Positions 26,201-39,025 of a DNA stretch of 64,000 nt are shown here, piece after piece. The translations under genes were made by a program, and so were the position numbers. Position 1 is the first letter of the stretch, and each line of letters starts with the position of its first letter. Below the pieces are notes generated by a model, which made no database searches, was not told the DNA's origin, and saw only the letters and a list, made by a program, of their open reading frames with translations. The stretch covers positions 10,106,001-10,170,000 of the forward strand of contig CM068750.1 of the NCBI GenBank assembly GCA_035084275.1. Direction: 5' to 3'. This DNA is from Hydrolagus colliei. Taxonomy: Eukaryota.

Positions 26201-28159
26201 TTCTCTCTCAACCAGAAGATATGTCAGTAAACCATTTCAGTCGTCCAGAAGTTGAGTTGTGCTCTGGGAGGATCTTCACCAGACCAGTCTAAAGATGTAG
26301 GATGAACATATTCACACTACAACTTGAAAGCAAGTTGATAGCAACAGCGGAAAGAATTGAGCCAGAAATGCCTATTCAGAAAAATAAACTTAATTGGGGA
26401 CATGCTTAAAATTTATGGTGAAAAAATAATATTATTTTAAAAGAGTTGTTCATTGGTTTTACTTTTCTTTCTCTATTTAGTGCTTTTTTTTAAAAGAAAA
26501 AGTCAGGTTGGCTCATAAGTTGACCTGAAGACAGCTGACATTCTAACGGTAGGAAAGGTAGATTAATGGCTTTCTTTTCATCAGAATGAGAATAAGAGCA
26601 GAAGAGCAAGTAAAGAAGTGGTGAGTTGTTTGTTCATTAGATAGATTTACTGGTTAGATTTAGTTGGTTTGCTATTAGAGAGATTGTTTAGGTTCAAGGG
26701 ACCTCAAAAAAGAGACCGAGTTTAACCTGCCAGGCGAGTCGATAAAAGGAGTAGAACGAGACGATTACTGGCTGAAGACTAATACTAAGATACGTTTGAA
26801 ATTTTGGTATTCTTTGAGTTGGATGCATTTGCTATTTGTGTTCTTTTGAAATTGGTATATAGTACAGTGTCAAATCACTTAGGTTCTTTTCAAATAAATT
26901 CTGCAACTGTACCTGTGGACTTCAGCCAAATACAGTATCAATCTGAGTTGATGTTGATTTCTTTTCACTTGCATGACTTTGACTTTGGAAAAACAGTGCA
27001 AAAGGTTCAGTACATTTCTAGCCCAGAGTAGTTGTGTGTCTTCATCAGACGGAGACTGCGGAGTTCTCTAATCAATATACCAACTGACATCTTTATACTG
27101 CTTTGGGTGAAGTCTGTCTTTGTGGGATGAATAATCTATTATGGCTGCACTTGAAAGATAGACAGATCAATAATCCAGTGTTTGGAGTTAAACTCAAAAA
27201 GCTTGAGAGGGCAATGTGGAAGAGAGGCGGGAAGAGACGTGTGCATGAAACTTGCTTGGATAAGAATGTCTACAAATACTTGTATGGCTGTCGTCCTTAC
27301 TCTAAAGCAGGTACTGTACTTGGGATGGTCCTATCACCATTAAGGACAAATTTAATAAGTGTTACAACAGACAATAAGTATCTAACTGCAATCCAAACAA
27401 GTTGAAATAACTGCCTTAACTGAGGTATTTTATTTTTTTCTGACAAAGAGTCAACAGAGGATGGATACAATGGGGCATTTCCCCTTCCATTTCTTCCCTC
27501 CCCCTACACTGCAAAAATATACAGTTGAGGACTATATATGAGTAATTCAGGAGAATTACTTGGACTAGGAATTGTGCTCCAGAAGAAATACCAGCAGGTT
27601 ATTGTCAAAAATTGGTCCTTGTCTAGAGCTCCATTCACCCAAAGAAGGACAAAGGCCCATTTTGCCTACTCGAAATGAGTTTTTTTTAAAAAAAAACGAT
27701 CCAAGATTCAGAAGGTGCTCTATGTGTGCCAATATTGATAGGTTTGGGAAGGATCAGTGCAGATGTTTTAGTTTGCTCCTGTGCTTTGATGATAGATGCA
27801 GACATTGTGCACCAGGTTTACACACATTGTGTGTGCCAGTATTGCAGAGGAACAATGGAAGGCTTTCCTTTAACGTTTCTTCTCTTCCTGGTTGATCCTG
27901 AAACCTCCGGCAACGACAGTTGAGCCTTTCTTGTTGATGATTTCCTGCTCCTGTTTTTAAAGACCAAATATATCAACTTGGAATAGTGGAAGCTATCCAG
28001 CACTCTTTCTCTCACTTTCTCTTTTCTTTCTATCTCTTATTCCTCTGTATATTTCTGATGTTGTAGTTTGTACCAACTGCATTTTACTTTTTCTAGTAAA
28101 GGATTTTCAGTTCATGGAAGCTCCCCCCCGCCACCACACACATACACAAGTGTAGTGAT

Positions 28160-28242
28160 GTTATATTTGTGGGCGAAACACGGCAGCCAATTGCACACAG
28201 CAGTGTCCCACAAACAGTCGAGGATTGAGTGACCAAATTATA
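28160..28242 (-). mobile_element. SINE internal fragment
   Basis: GTGGGCGAAACACGGCAGCCAATTGCACACAGCAGTGTCCCACAAACAGTCG, matching the other copies. Confidence 0.8.
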
Positions 28243-28261
28243 GTAAATAAATCATAATACA

Positions 28262-28525
28262 CCGAATATCAGGAAAATCCCAAGTTGATTGTGATATCTA
28301 CACTGAATTAGCCAACGTCAGCCATGACTGCAGTGGAGGTAGAAAATTGACTTCAATATCTCTGGGCGTAAGTGTGAATAATTCAGCTGAGTTTTCTACT
28401 TTCGTTGCAGTCCACTGAACTGATTTAAACTTGGAAGTACAGTACATGGATTTAATGTGTAAATAGGCTTAGGTATGAGACTCTGTAGCTGAATAGTCTG
28501 GTGGCACTCATTGTCTTGTCTCAAT
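28262..28525 (+). mobile_element. Highly decayed ancient SINE-like repeat of a second family
   Basis: CAGGAAAATCCCAAGTTGAT...CTGAATTAGCCAACGTCAGCC...TGAATAGTCTGGTGGCACTCATTGTC resembles, from memory, a common chondrichthyan SINE-like element. A possible antisense relative lies at 49260-49510. Confidence 0.45.
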
Positions 28526-29719
28526 TGTCCCAATTATTGTGATCCACCAACAGTTTTTAAATACATTAGTATTTGTTTTCAAGTAGCTGTGGAGTCAGAA
28601 GCAAACAAAAATAGACTACACAAACCAATAGGGATAGAATTTAGGAAGCAAACATTATAGAACAAAGCTTTTTGTAGTCGAACAGCTACTGAGCTGTTTT
28701 CTATTGTCATGGACCTTAGGCTGGGAACAAATTGATCAGAGCCTAATGCTTCCATATGGCCTCTGGTATGATCATATCATTTTGCCCTCAGCACTGACAG
28801 TTATGAAATTCACAACCTCAACTTTTGAAAGATACATAATATCCTGTGGATTTTCATCACCAAAGGCTTTTTATAGAATTCAGCCATCTTAAAACTTTAG
28901 ATTCACAAAGCAGAATATTGTTGGACTCCTGCTCTATTTACAACTGATGATCAACATCGTGTTTTTCCCTTAAGCAACCAGCAGTCATGCAGCTTCAATT
29001 TTCTTATTTTCATGTCCAATAACGCAGGGGTTTCATCTATCCATCCTTTAAAATCATGTTTTTGTTGTAGATTATTAAAATGAGCCATCTGCGGGCAATT
29101 ATTAGTGATGTGAAGCTGCACTCTCTGGCAACAATGTGAAATCACCAGGTTGTTGAACAATAGCACTTGAGATTTGCAGACAACCAACTATAAAGAGGTA
29201 CTGGATAGCAAAATGTATTATTTCATGAACCAAGTGAGACATGTACTCATCAGGCTCAGCAGGATAAGTAGTGAAAGTAAATTCTGCAGTATTCCTGCAA
29301 GATTCATACTGTGGTATTTTTACATTTAATGATATTCATAAGATCAATATTTGAAATTGAGCAGTTTTAACATGTTCCATAGTATCTTTGTAATTTCAAC
29401 ATTGTTAAAATTATTTTCAATGGGGTGGGGGAGCATTTTGCCAAAATCCTCTAAACGCTATGCTTTACAACTTTAGGAAAACTATATTCATTGGCTGAGA
29501 TCTCATCCCATTTGAATCTTTTCCCTCTGAATCAGCACCTTGTATTATTCAGTGATTATCGGCAAACTCGCGGTCAAACACATTTTTTTTTCTGCATTCC
29601 ACTATTGTTCCTTAATGGTCCAGGCTGACCTGAAACTTACCATTGAGCTGCCCTGGAAAGATCAAGTGAGCTTTGGAGACCAATCTGTACTACATGCCAG
29701 TTCAAGCTTTTAAGAAAGT

Positions 29720-29900
29720 GCATGGGAACATAGGAACATACAGGACCTGAAAAGATCTTGAGGTGCTTATGTCAAAGTCAAAAAGAATTTAACTATACAC
29801 ACTCTCCTCTCCCAACTATCAGTTGAATTATTTGCTAAATCTAATTCCCTCTGGATTTTGGACACAATTGACATCCATTTGTGTGAGAAGGAAAGAAGAG
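29720..29900 (-). mobile_element. Very degenerate CR1 3' end
   Basis: CATGGGAACATAGGAACATA tail repeat; the antisense frame reads 'IQRELDL', like the CR1 C-terminal 'FKRELD'. Confidence 0.45.
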
Positions 29901-31211
29901 ATACCTTCCAGCATGCTGTCATTTTGTTCCTTGCCTCCTGTTGGCTGGTCATAGAATGACATTGAGCACAGAAGCTTGCAGCTTGAGAGTATCCCACTCT
30001 TCTTCCAGCAGGTGAATGTGCATTGTAGTGTAACCTGGATAGGAGACGAAAATGGAAAGAAACGATCATAAGATTGGAAAGGGCTAGAATGTATAAAAAA
30101 TCAGAATGAAACAATTATTATGCTTTATTCCCAAATGTCTAAAAATTGTACATTTTAAAGAATCAGTGGGAAAACATCATTAATTAAACTGTGGTTAAAC
30201 ATTTTTTGTTACACATGCTTTTTGTCACAGAAATTTACGTGAGAAAACTGCAAATTTAATTTATTTCCATCAAACTACTATGGAGTATTTAAGGCAATGT
30301 ATTTTTAGAAGATACTTATTTATGGCCCAACACCCAACAGTCTGTTTAAGTGCAAGGGTATTGACGTTAAAACCTGTGACAAGTTGAGTGAAAAACAGAA
30401 AAGTTTACTGCCGATGAATGAATGGGTTGACCTGGAAGTTGTGCAAGATCTTTCAAGCTGCACCTCAGCACCTTGGGCCAACAAAATGGCCTTTAAGCCT
30501 GAGTGAGCATAGCTTTTTCCAGCACAGAGCTCTAATTTTCATCTTTTCAAACTGTTTTCCAGCACTTGGAGTGGAATTAGTATTGACAAGGATAGAATTT
30601 GTCTCCTGAAGGAGAATAGCCTGTCTCTGTAAGTGCTAATGCAACATTTATCTGTTGGTAACTTTACACTGCTGCCCTGCCATACCTAATATACTAGAAG
30701 CAAACTGCATTCTGTGAAATGTTATTGTGTCTGAAGTGGTAGCAATTTGAGGAAAATCATTCCTATTTTTGCCATATCTCATACAACAAAGATACTAGTG
30801 TGATTATTGCTATTGATATACAATTAGTCTGTGCTAAAGCTTAATCCGCAAGTGAGAGTGATTTTCATTTAAACAGCACACCACAATCAAGCAGCAATAT
30901 GTTTCACAGTGGTAAGACGCTATAGGCATTCTTTACAGTAATTTAGCAACCGAGTTGTGAAACCGTGTACGTATAACCTATTATTATACACCACTCAAAA
31001 AGTGCAAGTGGGTGAAAATTGATCGTGTGTATTGAAAGAGGAGTAAGTGTTGTGCCCTTCCATATGTGTGTGCAGTTATTTTTCTTCTCTGACTAATTTA
31101 CTAATTTCTTTCCCATCGAGTTCCAAAACCAAGCACAGCAAGTGGGGAAAATGATTCCTACCTAATGCGAGTACAGTCTTTTTTAAAGTTACATGTAGAT
31201 CCTTTACTGTT

Positions 31212-31652
31212 ATCATAGAATCATAGAATTTTACGGCACAAAAGGAGGCCATTCGGCCCATCTAGTCTGTGCCGGCTCTTTGAAAAGAGCGATTCAATCC
31301 CACTGCCCTGCCCGCTCCCCATAGCCTAATAGACCCGTTCTCCCTAAATAAAGATCTAATTCCCTTTTAAAAGTTGTTATCGAATCAGCCTCCACCACCT
31401 TTTCAGGCAATGCATTCCAGATTCGAACAACTCGCTGAGTGAAAAAATTTCTCCTCAGCTCCCCTCTACTGCGCCTTGAAACTATTTTAAATAGTTTCAA
31501 GGCGCAGTAGAAATAGTTTTTCTCTATTTGCCCTGTCGAAACCCCTCATGATCTTATAAACCTCTATTAGGTCTCCCCTCAATCTTCTCTGCTCCAGAGA
31601 GAATAACCCTAGCCTATCTAGCCTCTCCTCATAGCTGAAGTCCCTCAATCCC
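31212..31652 (-). mobile_element. CR1 LINE 3' fragment (relatively young)
   Basis: ATCATAGAATCATAGAAT tail; antisense ORF RRNFFTQRVVRIWNALPEKVVEADSITTFKRELDLYL, the CR1 ORF2 C-terminus. Confidence 0.95.
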
Positions 31653-33265
31653 TCAAGTTATGTCACTGTGATTAACATTTGCTTTCTAAATGGTAACTGT
31701 TGTTAAAGGTTTTATGAAACTAGATTGTAACTGTATTTTTTTGTGATGAGGATTTGCTTGAAATTTCATGCTGTGCAATGTAAAATACTGTACTTGTTGG
31801 GTCCATGACATCCGAGAGGTGTAATGATCTTTCATCCTATAGTATATAATATTATGTGATGTTGATTGTTTTCCCGATTTTCAAAAATAATTTCGATAAC
31901 GATCAAGGAATGATGTGTTCTGTTCATGAAAAGTAAACCATGGAAAGAGATGTGCTTTTTTTTCTTGGACTTATCATTTGCTGATTAAAGAATCAAATCC
32001 AGGTCAGATGTACAAATCCTGAAGAAGTATTGGCTACAGGACGACAACAACAAGCGAATGTTAGGATTTGATTCAAAATTGGCTGTATTTTCTACTTTGT
32101 GATTTTATATAGATATTAAGGCGGTATCAGAATAAGGTCATGATCAATTCCTCAATTGCTTTGAATATATAAGTGCAATATGTTGTATTGTAACATTTTC
32201 AATAAGAAATTAAGCTTTTCTCTTCCGTGTTTAAATGTAGGTTTTCTTAAAAATGACCTGAGCAAAAGCTTTGAACTATAGTGGAAATTCAGGGACACGG
32301 TGGTAAATTAAAGATCTATTTGATAATGCTAACCTGGATTCTTTTGTTTGGATTAAGATGGAAAATGTCCTCAGCAGTTGACTGTTCTGCAATTAATTTG
32401 AAAAGATCTCTTCATTATTGTATAGTTTTGTAATGCATATCCTCCTGGTGCTTTTCTTTGTGTGGCCTTGTACTAACACACAGCATCAATGTGCAAAGAT
32501 TTCAAGCCTCAGAAAGGGTTCTGCTGGTACAATGAGTGTAGCAGGCCTACTACAGTAAATGCCTATTTACAGAATTAAGTAAAGCACAGATTTTTTTTAA
32601 CTCCGGGCTCAGAAAACATGAGTCACTAAAAAAATGTACCACAATTGGTACCTGTTCCCGAATCTAAGAACAGGCAGATGTGCAGTTATATTGGGAATAG
32701 TATACTGGTAATGTATAGTACAGTACATTTAAAATGAGACAGGGATTGGGGCTTCATAGGAATGTACTTGTGTGCTAAATGTTGAATTTTTATATTGCCC
32801 TGGGAATATTTGTTGCCTTCAAAATGGAACATAATCCGGGCTACATTTGCTGTCACCCCTTAGTGGCTGGGCAATTTTCTTGAACTCCAAGCAGCTGGAG
32901 CAATCCGTGGAGGTGAATGGCTGCAATAGCTGCAGGAATCTGGAAAATAAAAAGCACATGGAAGGTTATTTGCTTATACTAAGACCGGTCTGGTAAATAT
33001 TAATGTTTGGACGTTAAACTCAGAAAATGAAAGCAAAATGCATAACTTATTGCTTTTGTTTATCAAGTAAAAAAAAGCTGAATTCTAGTGTTTAGTTTCA
33101 AAAGTGAGTTATGATTACTCTGTTTATCCTGAAACATATTGCAAGTGCAGAGGATATTGTCACATGAGCTTCCTTTCAGCTCTTTCCACAGATGACCCTT
33201 GTCCTGTCCTGAAATTATTCCCAGACTTAATTCACATTTTTAGTTCAATACAAATACCCATACAC

Positions 33266-33393
33266 ATCATAGAATCATAGAATTATATATCACAGAAGGA
33301 GGCCATTCGCCCCATCGTGTTTGTGTTGGCTCTTTGAAAAGAGCTGTCCAAATCAATCCAACTTACCCACTCTCTCCCCATAGCCCTGCAAAC
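33266..33393 (-). mobile_element. CR1 3' tail fragment
   Basis: ATCATAGAATCATAGAAT...GAAGGAGGCCATTCGCCCATCG, same family as 31212. Confidence 0.9.
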
Positions 33394-33699
33394 TAGACAC
33401 ATGTAGACACATATTTATGGAAAGAAGAACTCCCCTCTACTTTTGTTCTGTAATGCAATCTAAGTGTACTGAAAAATACTGTTAAAAAAAGAGAAAATAT
33501 TTTGTATTGTGTTTTCAGTCACCAGACATTTGAAATTTACCTCTGTACTGATAAGATGACTACTGCAGAAATACAATTATTATTTCCAGTTTTGCCAGAT
33601 TCCATGGGTTTTGCGACCAATAATTAATAGATCACGTCTGAGTGCACCAAACTTGTGATTTGTGTACAATGAATGATAGATCTTCATTATGTTTTACAG

Positions 33700-34096
33700 G
33701 AGGATATTGATGGTCAGTCTGAGGCTGTCTTTGGACCTTTGATCGTGGCAGTGGTGCCTCACCTTCCAAAAGACGCAGCAGTGGAGTGGCATGTAGTAGC
33801 CCTAACTGATGACCCCTGCAAGCGGAAATCATTCAGCATGAATCAGATATTGGATGATTGTAAAATTGACTGTGAAGTAGTTGAGTCAAGCTTCTTGTCA
33901 AGTGCTGCTATCTCATTGACCCTGAGCCTTCTCTTGCCAACAGTAACTTCTTTATACCTAAATACTGTGATGAAAGAACTCGCTACTATGTTGCAGCAAG
34001 CTCTGGATAAGCTTCCCAAAGATTTCATCCAAACCCCACTGTGTTTCAGGACATTCTACCGGAAGGATGCCATAGATGCTAACTCTATGGAAATAG
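33700..34096 (+). CDS. DPH6: DPH6 penultimate coding exon
   Basis: Acceptor gttttacag|GAG, donor G|gtaag, 397 nt, phase 0 to 1, in frame with the previous exon. Encodes EDIDGQSEAVFGPLIVAVVPHLPKDAAVEWHVVA..., the Rid C-terminal 'V..LPK.A.VE' motif. Confidence 0.92.
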
Positions 34097-35524
34097 GTAA
34101 GACTATGACATACCATATTGTTTAGCTGTGTGCAGAAATCAACAAAAAGAGTTTGAATCTTGAATTGACTGCCTATCGGTGTCATGGAGAACAAGTATCC
34201 CCAGTCATCATAAAATAATCTGGATATGGGAGAGAAAGCTGTCTTTGCATTACTTTTTACACCAATCAAGTGTACCTCCTAGATAAACCAAAGGCAGATC
34301 TCTTGGTGTTATGAGAGTTAACATGTTCTGAATGAGGGTAGAGTTGGTACATTGGGAAGAGGGGACTCGTGAGAAGTACCAAAGATTGCATGAAATGAGG
34401 AGAAAGTTGGGTATCCGTTAAAATAAACAACTGACAATTTTGTTACACCTGTGTATCAAAATATACATAAACTGCATATAAAATGCTGGGTACTGTATTA
34501 AGATTCCAAATGCTTATATATAATCTTTATGTAGGATTGTTCTTTATACTGCCAGCTATGAAAAATAACAGATCTTCTGATAACAACCCAGTAACAAACA
34601 TTAAATGTTCTGTAAATTTATTTTTCTTGATGAATCACTGGATGGAGGACATCTGTAAATAACACATCAATGACATGTGCCTTCAGGTCCTTTTCTGTTT
34701 ATTAGCATTGTTGCCCATCAATGTGTCACATATTGTTATTAGGAAACACTGCAAAACCAAAACATGCAATATAAATCAGATTTTTTTTAAAAAAAAGAGA
34801 AACTATCGGTCAGTCATGAACTGGCTCTAAAGTGACATTCCTGCCAATGGAACATCAGAATCAAGCCAGCCCTCTGTAGTGGTCTAGAGTCCGGTTCCTG
34901 AGCCAGGGTGGCAGCACAGCAAGCCTGGCTCATCGGCAGGCTCTTGAAGCAGACCAGTCACTGGGGACAGGGAGTCACCCCACTCAGCACCTGCTAACCC
35001 TCCAAGCCAAAACCTTAACATGTTACGGGTGGTCCTAGCTGAGCAAGCAGCGGAAACGCTTGCCGGACAGCAATATCAATGGCAACTGATGTGGTTTTAG
35101 CTGCTTCAACTCCAGCAGTTCACTCGGGTTCCAACACACACTCTAAGGTTCCTAAGCCTTGGCTCATGCCAAACTGCACTTAATACTTTCTGGAATTGGG
35201 AGGACAAAATGTATCCCCCCCAGGGAGAGAGTGCACATTCCATTCCAACAGCCTACCTCTGGGATTTCCAAGTCTAGGTGGGATGCATGGAAGTCTCAGC
35301 TTGGTTTGGATACTTGTAAGAATGGTGATGGATTTCCGCAGGTAACGGAAAACACGGCTGATCGAAATGTTGTTTTTAAATGGTGAATTGATGGCAGTAG
35401 TTCAATTTGGGAGCCATGCCACCATTCCGAATGCTTGTGATTAATTTTTCAAACACTTTGAAGCGACCTCCAGAAGCGCAAGTTGCTGTGTAAATGTACA
35501 TTGTATACATTGTATTGATAATAA

Positions 35525-35772
35525 ATACAACCTTACATTTTGTATGGTGCCTTTCACATCACAAGGATGTCCAAAGCGCTTCATGGGAAATAGTATAAAG
35601 TAGAGTGGCAGTATGTTTTGTGAATGAATGCAGCAGCCTATATGGGCACAGCAATGATCCATGAACATGGAGTGCAAAACTAATTTTATTTAGGGATTAT
35701 TGGTCAGAGCAACAGGAGAAACTTCCTTCTGCTTTGTAATAGTGCCATGGGATATTTAACGTCTACCTGATA
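35525..35772 (-). mobile_element. Old DeuSINE-type element (SacSINE1/AmnSINE1-like)
   Basis: Antisense reads TCAGGTAGACGTTAAATATCCCATGGCACTATT...GTTTCTCCTGTTGCTCTGACCAATAATCCCT (Deu core), followed by an L2-type tail. Confidence 0.75.
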
Positions 35773-35864
35773 GCTCATGATGCCACTAGACCTAAGTCAT
35801 AAATGTCTATTTCATAACTCAGTGTCAGCATTGATTATCAGTTATTGATCTAAATGCAGATTCC

Positions 35865-36210
35865 CTGCTTTTGTTAGTCTAAATTGATGTGAATAAGCAG
35901 AACAGTAACAGAATAAAACTGCGTAACCACAACGACTATTATTTTCGCTCTCAGTTTGATAGTCAGTCAAGTAACAAAGATAAAATCTGACTTGAATACC
36001 ACAAAGTCTTCCTCACAGAATTATTGGTTTTGCAATAAGATCACTCAAAAATATTGTCAGTTACTTTTGCATCGATTGTGTGAGTTCGTACACTGTTCTT
36101 TAAAATGTGACAGTAGGGAATAACAATTTTTCTTAAACAAATAAATGTCAAATCTTCAATAGAAGAAAGTGTTAGTAGCTGAGAAGTAGAATGAAACACC
36201 CTCATCTTAT
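35865..36210 (+). repeat. ~340-bp direct duplication, copy 1
   Basis: Colinear with 38692-39025, including an exact 34-mer AATCTGACTTGAATACCACAAAGTCTTCCTCACA. Confidence 0.95.
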
Positions 36211-37529
36211 ACAATTTTTTTTTAGAAAGCCATGAGTAGGCTGAATTTAGAATCTGTTTTTAAAATCTGACTTAGGACTGAACAGCAATGTTTAAAGGAA
36301 ACAAAACAACACAAATTCCTGTGACCACAAATCAATGTTAGGCAGAGACTACCTGGCAAAAGAAGCCTCTAAACTGGAATTAGTTTCCGGTCGATATTGA
36401 GACTCACTACTATAGTTGTTTTGTTTTATTGTACATTCATGGAAATTAATCCCATGGGGTCTGTCTTAGTTTGTGTATTTTTTTTAAACAATGTAACAAA
36501 AAAACTGATATAAAAACCGGGTTGCTATTCTTGACATCTAATGATATGATTTACCCAACACACAATACACACTATGGCATTATTGTGGAATTATTCCAGC
36601 ATCTGCTACCTCCCTGGAAGAAAATAGTCTACAGATGTTTCTTTTTGTACATTCGGTCACATTACTATAGTGCTTTTGAAGCACAATGACTAATTATAGG
36701 ATTTACCAGCCTGGCATGTGATCTCTCCCCTAAACACAGTCAGATAACCACTTAATAATACATTGGAGCTCACTTGGAACAATTGTGATACAACCAAATT
36801 ATGCTTCAGGTCAAAAGACTGCCATGTACAAAATCAATTCCATTCCCTGTGTTACAAAATGTCATTGTTGACTCGTGTTCTATAAGATCAAATCTCACTT
36901 AAGACTTCAACCATAATTTTAGCCCACTGTCATTTAGGGTCAAATTCTAAGATATCTTCATTAACGTATTACAACGCTACTTGATAGAATCATTGTGTGC
37001 TCAAAAAGGGTTCTGCAGTTATAAACCTATTTTCTTTAACAATTATATCAAATGAGAGGAAAATACCCGCCACATTGTTAAACTTAAACACAAAAGAATA
37101 GGACTCCAATGCAGAGCAACACAGAATGGTAGTATGTAGCATTGTGTCCACAATTTCCATGTGCTGAGCATAAACCAAATGTGAGCAAGAGAAAATGTCA
37201 CAAAAAGATCAACATCTCTTTGACAGCCTTTGTTTCTTTGTAACGCTTTTCTATTACCATTACCACATACTAACATTTACAGCCCAAGGCACTATATGAA
37301 AAGCGAGTAATACATGTATAAACAAACACATTCACTGGTGCCTCATTACTGTAATTTTTCTGTATTAAGGGTGCACTGATATGTGCCATGAATTAATATG
37401 TTTTATATTGCAAAGATTTACTTTCCCTGCTGTGGATTAGTCATGCATCATGCTACATTCTTTGGCCTTCTAAATGGTCCTAAAGTGCAGAAAAGGCAAG
37501 CCGGTTGCGTACTAAATGAGGCAAAAATA

Positions 37530-37685
37530 ATAATTTGGTCACTCAATCCATGACTGTTTGTGGGACACTGCTGTGCACAATTGACTGCCATGTTTCAACC
37601 ACAAAATTCACTTTACAGCATACTCTGCGAAACTTCCTAAAGACATGATAAGGCGCTATATCATTTGTAATGATTATTATTATTG
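37530..37685 (+). mobile_element. SINE 3' half
   Basis: TTGGTCACTCAATCCATGACTGTTTGTGGGACACTGCTGTGCAC...AGGCGCTATATC...GATTATTATTATT. Confidence 0.85.
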
Positions 37686-38691
37686 AAAACAATGTGAATA
37701 TAGACAGTTGTTAGAATTACAAAATCAAATATTTAGCATTTCAGTGACTCAATGTTGTAACATGAGTGCATCAATGCATGAAAACTTATAAAAGAAAATC
37801 ATAAGGAATAAGGAGCTTCTTTTAGCATAAAATATCAATATAAAAAGGCAAATTTTTGCTTTTGGATATGTTTATTTTCTGAAATAACTCAATTTTATAG
37901 CTTCCATTTTGGCTGTGAGGAAAATTGTACATTTTCTGTGGCAGTGTTAATTGCTGCAGTACAGTTTTGTCAGAATAATTTATTTCCTCATGCATATAGA
38001 ATCAAATTTGTGATATCTTCCCTCAAAATGGGTCATTTTTGCACTACACTACTTACAAACCGACAAACTGTCCAGTTGTTCATTTTAGTAAGTTAACAAC
38101 AAGCAGGTATTGTGTGAGAATTGGGAAACTCAGTAGTAAGTAAATTGTAGTAGTGTAAGTCAAAAATTAAAACCTAAGAGAAATAATGCAATAGTAATTG
38201 GTACTTACAACCAGGCAGCATAGAGACAATAAGATAATGAGAAAGTAAAAGAATGAGCTAATGATAAATTAATTTCCATGCCAGAATTATGCTAGCTTTA
38301 CTGTTTGCAATTTAGAGATTTGTTTAAGTGAGAAGGAGTTCCGGTTTGCAGAGTGAGATGTGTACACCCAGTCATTTATTTTACTACACTTCACTATGGA
38401 CATTGACATTACTAATAGTTGATTTATTTTTCATTTCCAGAAAGAAGGTACCACTTAGTACCAAACAGTTGAAACCACAAGACTAGCATAGAATATTACT
38501 TACTATGCCACAAACTCCATATGTGCATTTCTTTTCAGTTCCAATCCATCTTTTGTTTAAGTAATTTCATATTTAAGTTCCTTTACTCTGCTAAAATCAG
38601 GGATTCTGTTCAAAACTGAAGAACATTTTCTGAGCAGGTTTACATTGTTGCTTTCCAAGCTATATTTACCAAACTTTATTAAAAAAGGTTT

Positions 38692-39025
38692 CTGCTTTTG
38701 TTAGTCTAAATTCATGTGGATAAGTAGAATAAAACTGAGCAACCACAACTTCCTATTATTGTTGCTCTCAGTTTGATAGTCAGTAAAGTAATAAAGATAG
38801 AATCTGACTTGAATACCACAAAGTCTTCCTCACAATATTATTGGTTGACAATAAGATCTCTCAAAAATATTGTCAGTTACTTTTGCATCAATTGTGTGAG
38901 TCGTACAGTATTCGTTAGAATGTGACAGTGGGGAATAACAATTTTTCTAAAACAAATGAATGTCAAATCTTCAATAGACGAAAGTGTTCGTAACCGAGAA
39001 GTGGAATGAAACACCCTCATTTTAT
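38692..39025 (+). repeat. ~340-bp direct duplication, copy 2
   Basis: Colinear with 35865-36210; roughly 85-90% identical by eye. Confidence 0.95.

Noticed and set aside
33673-34125. 150-aa standalone ORF as listed in the track
   Set aside because: Its ends are intronic read-through; the exon is 33700-34096 as defined by splice sites.
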